Source: Thermodesulfobacteriota bacterium (lineage in GTDB: Bacteria > Desulfobacterota > BSN033 > WVXP01 > G020346125). From it: a stretch of DNA of 64,000 bases. How positions within the stretch are numbered: the first letter of the stretch is position 1; every line of letters begins with the position of its first letter. A model generated the notes under the pieces. That model was given only the letters and a program-made list of their open reading frames with translations. It was not told the origin of the DNA and did no database searches. The stretch is from the NCBI GenBank assembly GCA_041862515.1, contig JBGVTJ010000241.1, positions 1,685 through 65,684 of the forward strand, written 5' to 3'. The position numbers and the translations under genes were made by a program. Below are positions 60,860 to 64,000 of this stretch, one piece after another.

Positions 60860-62704
60860 GTGAAGGGATACCATAAAAAGGTACTTGCGATCGAGCTCGC
60901 TGAGAAGAGGGACGTCGAAATCCCCCTTGACGAAGAGCTCCTTGCCAAGTATGTGGGCGGCAGCGGCCTTGGAACGAAGTTTCTGATGGATGAGGCCGAC
61001 GGCAATACGGATCCCTTGGGCGAAGGGAATCCCCTCATCATGATGACCGGGCCCTTTACCACCACCCACATTCCAACTTCCAGCAGACACAGCGTGGTTT
61101 TCAAATCCCCCTTGACAGGCATCTATGCTGAATCCAGTTGCGGAGGTTTCTTCGCCGATGAATTAAAAAAAACGGGCTACGACGGTCTCATCATCCGTGG
61201 AAAATCCCCTAGACCTGTCTATATTTGGCTTCACAAGGAAGGAATAGAGTTTCGGGAGGCAGACCATCTCTGGGGCCAGGATATATACGAGGCACATGGT
61301 AGAATTCTGGAAGAGACAACACCTAAAGCAGCCACGTCCATTATCGGCCCTGCGGGAGAGAACCTGGTACCTATGGCCGGGATAGGCCACAATGGCCCGC
61401 ATACCCGCCTCGCCGCTCGATGTGGGGGGGGAGCGGTAATGGGCGCGAAAAACTTGAAGGCAGTGGTGGTCAAGGGTGATCGAAAGTCTCCTGTTGCCCA
61501 TGAGGAAGCTCTGAGGGAATCTATCAGGGCTGTTATTGGACAAATTCGGGAGGCCACTCTACCGATGAATCAATATGGCACTGCGGTTAGCGTTGCCAGC
61601 AGCGAGGAGAAGGGAAACCTCCCCCTGAAAAACTGGTATCAAGGGCGTTGGCCGGGAGCTCAGAAGATCGATGGGCGCATAATAACCGAAACCATCCAGG
61701 TAGGAAAGAGCAGCTGTCGGTATTGCCCCATCGCCTGTGGCCGCAAAGTAAAGATGGAGGATAACCCTTACGGACCCGTCATCGAGTCGGCAGGCCCTGA
61801 ATACGAATCCATGGGCGCCCTGGGTGGTCTTACCCTGGTTGATGATCTCGCCGCCATTGTGAAGGCCAATGAGCTGTGCAATCGTTTTGGACTGGATACG
61901 ATCTCCACAGGTTCGGCAATTGCCTTCGCCATGGAGGCTTACGAAAAGGGCATAATCAATCGAAAAGACCTCGATGGGCTGGAACTGACCTGGGGCAATG
62001 GGCGAGCAGTGGTTACGATGGTGAAAAAGATCGGCAGGAAGGAGGGGTTGGGCCAAGTTCTTGGTCGGGGAGTTCGTTCTGCTGCCGAAGAGCTCGGTGG
62101 AAACTCCGTCGAGTTTGCCATTCATACCAAGGGATTGGAGCTACCACTGCACGATCCCCGCTGTTATCACAGTCAAGCCCTTTCCTACGCCACCTCCAAT
62201 CGGGGAGGTTGCCATCTCGCTGGAAACTGCCACTCACACGAATCCTACCTCCACTTTGAGGAATTGGGCTACAAGGAACCATTCCCCCGACACCAGGTAG
62301 AGGGGAAAGGTGAACTCGTGGCCAAGTTGCAGGATGTAAATTCTCTCATCGACTCCTTGGTCTTCTGTAAATTCCTTCAGATCGGCTACATAACCCCTAC
62401 GCACCACCTGGAATGGTATAAACTAGTTACTGGAAGTAATATTTCGATGACCAAATTTTTACAACTAGGGGAGCGGATCTTTAACCTCAAACGAATGTTC
62501 AACCTCCGCTGCGGGGTAAGCCGAAAGGACGATATGCTACCGCCCAGAATACTCACCCACAAACGGAGGGGAGAAGGACTTGTGGTGAATATGCCACATC
62601 TGGGAGCCCTGCTTTCCGATTACTATGAATACCGAAATTGGTCCGAAGATGGTATCCCAACACGAGAGAAATTAAAGGAGCTCGACCTGGATGGTTACCT
62701 CTGA
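60860..62704 (+). CDS. Tungsten-type aldehyde:ferredoxin oxidoreductase (AOR family)
   Basis: 614 aa with AOR N-terminal and C-terminal domain patterns, pterin- and Fe-S-binding Cys; GTG start with RBS GGGAGGA. Confidence 0.9.
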   Translation: MKGYHKKVLAIELAEKRDVEIPLDEELLAKYVGGSGLGTKFLMDEADGNTDPLGEGNPLIMMTGPFTTTHIPTSSRHSVVFKSPLTGIYAESSCGGFFADELKKTGYDGLIIRGKSPRPVYIWLHKEGIEFREADHLWGQDIYEAHGRILEETTPKAATSIIGPAGENLVPMAGIGHNGPHTRLAARCGGGAVMGAKNLKAVVVKGDRKSPVAHEEALRESIRAVIGQIREATLPMNQYGTAVSVASSEEKGNLPLKNWYQGRWPGAQKIDGRIITETIQVGKSSCRYCPIACGRKVKMEDNPYGPVIESAGPEYESMGALGGLTLVDDLAAIVKANELCNRFGLDTISTGSAIAFAMEAYEKGIINRKDLDGLELTWGNGRAVVTMVKKIGRKEGLGQVLGRGVRSAAEELGGNSVEFAIHTKGLELPLHDPRCYHSQALSYATSNRGGCHLAGNCHSHESYLHFEELGYKEPFPRHQVEGKGELVAKLQDVNSLIDSLVFCKFLQIGYITPTHHLEWYKLVTGSNISMTKFLQLGERIFNLKRMFNLRCGVSRKDDMLPPRILTHKRRGEGLVVNMPHLGALLSDYYEYRNWSEDGIPTREKLKELDLDGYL

Positions 62705-62859
62705 GCAATCAGCCCAAGGGAATTTGAAGAAAAGACGATTTTGATCTCTCTTGAGCAGGACTACAAGTTGATCTGTCAGGGAGAAAAAGGCATGTCAAGT
62801 TTCTTGGATTTCATGGAGCGGACACCGCCGGGCCGATTATTTCTGAGGACGAATTCAAC

Positions 62860-63022
62860 ATGGGCGTCCTTATTCCAAATGTGATGAAAACGGTAAAGAT
62901 GTATGGTATCGAGTACGATCCGGGGAACCCAGTTCCATCGGATGATGGTTTTGCCAACCGTCTCTTTGAGGGCGCTGTCGAATTTCTCGCCAAAACTGGT
63001 CAAAAGGGGGATAAAGATTCTT
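62860..63022 (+). pseudogene. Short ORF resembling only the N-terminus of an MttB-superfamily corrinoid methyltransferase (remnant), low confidence
   Basis: 53 aa ending at a stop just before the corrinoid protein gene; weak N-terminal resemblance (...RLFEGAVEFLAKTG). Confidence 0.2.
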
Positions 63023-63045
63023 GAGAGAAAAGAACAGGTCCTCTA

Positions 63046-63739
63046 ATGGAGAACCCCCTCGCTCAAGGGAGGAGATCGTACGACAAAGGAAGAAATCCTC
63101 GAACGGCTATCATTTTCCGTTGTCAAGGGCGACAAGGAAATGGCCAGACAAGCTGCCCAGGAAGTCATTGAACAAACAATCGACCCTATTGAGGCCATCG
63201 AAAAGGGCCTCTCGAGGGGGATGGATATTGTCGGCGAGCGCTTCAGCAAAATGGAAGCCTTCCTGCCAGAGCTCATGATGGCCGCCCAGACATTCGACGC
63301 GGCCATGGGGATACTGGAGCCGGAGATCGCGGCCCAGAAAAAGGAGGTGGCCACACGGGGAACCATCGTCATGGGAACGATCAAGGGGGACGTGCACAAT
63401 ATCGGGAAGAATATCGTGGTCATGATGTTGAAGACGGGCGGGTTCGATGTCCATGATCTGGGAGTAGATATCCCCCCGCTGTCATTTGTCGAAGCTGCAC
63501 AGAAAAACAAGGCCGATATCATCGCCCTCTCGTCGCTGATGACCACGACCATGCCCGGGCAGGGAGAGGTCATAGAGGTTTTGAAGGAGATGGGCCTGAG
63601 GGATCAATATTGCGTCATAGTGGGCGGGGGACCAGTGAATCAGGAGTGGGCCGACCAGATCGGTGCAGATGGGTACGGGGAGACGGCGGCAGATGCCGTG
63701 TTGCTGGCAAGAGAGCTCTTGGCCGAGCGAAAGAAATAA
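63046..63739 (+). CDS. Methyltransferase-cognate corrinoid (B12-binding) protein; apparent 1-nt frameshift at the C5 run 63054-63058 near the start
   Basis: B12-binding_2 helical cap (KEEILERLSFSVVKGDKEMARQAAQE) plus the Rossmann B12 domain with the DxHxxG motif (GDVHNIGK); the ATG at 63046 rejoins the main frame if the C5 run is C4. Confidence 0.75.
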
Positions 63740-64000
63740 CCCCCAACTCCATTCTTATGAGCATCTAGGGACCCATACCAACCCATTTGAGCGAGATCAT
63801 AGGAAAAAATGTGTTGCCAAAAAATACAATCGCTCAATTTAGGTATATAAAAGTATCAAATTCCTCCCAGGCCCCGGTGGGGAAAGGCCTATCGATCATG
63901 TTAATATAAGCAAATTTTATGAAAAATTGAATCTTATTAATTTGACTCTCGCCTTGATCTGTACTATAGTCGGTAAGTGTCCCAAACCAATGTGGGATTG

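Noticed and set aside
1-64000. Alternative genetic code (TGA as a sense codon) to explain the internal stops
   Set aside because: Well-supported genes (metG, mmsA and others) terminate at TGA at the expected positions
1-64000. CRISPR arrays, rRNA or tRNA genes
   Set aside because: No regularly spaced short direct repeats or rRNA/tRNA-like conserved blocks were seen on either strand

Overview
Bacterial chromosomal segment, about 50% GC, with GGAGG-type ribosome-binding sites and the standard genetic code (metG and mmsA both end in TGA). It is gene-dense and mostly housekeeping: class III aminotransferases with a methylmalonate-semialdehyde dehydrogenase (mmsA)-like aldehyde dehydrogenase, a Tol/Ton-like cluster (ExbB-ExbD-TonB, giant TPR protein, FtsB, YbgC-like thioesterase), pcm, rarA, tmk, holB, metG, larB/larC, purQ, a PiT/DUF47 pair, and an anaerobe-style island (amine dehydrogenase, saccharopine-dehydrogenase-like gene, GntR regulator, Fe-alcohol dehydrogenase, tungsten-type aldehyde:ferredoxin oxidoreductase, corrinoid protein). 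The most interesting locus is a LexA-headed four-gene cassette on the minus strand (52808 down to 48548): lexA, an ImuA-like RecA-fold protein with a degenerate Walker A, a 119-aa protein, and a family-B DNA polymerase whose 3'-5' exonuclease motifs look degenerate. A 16/18 palindrome sits just upstream of lexA. This looks like a variant SOS mutagenesis cassette with a B-family polymerase in the position usually held by ImuB/DnaE2. Two dispersed repeat families are present. One is a MITE-like element with terminal inverted repeats; I count four copies, one inside the cassette. The other is a ~210-nt element closed by long terminal helices; its two full copies show a compensatory base-pair change and one has its own promoter, which suggests a structured RNA. 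Several genes are broken only at short homopolymer runs (amine dehydrogenase at three sites, corrinoid protein, CFI-box tail), which looks like an assembly indel artefact. In contrast, a Tat-signal/DUF362/CFI-box gene carries three in-frame stops and is probably a true pseudogene. Also present: a PilZ–sigma-70 region 4 fusion, an XRE-HTH protein with a Cys/Trp-rich tail, a 57-aa Cys-rich ORF missed by the ORF track, and short N-terminal remnants of corrinoid-dependent methyltransferase genes. I found no rRNA, tRNA or CRISPR array.
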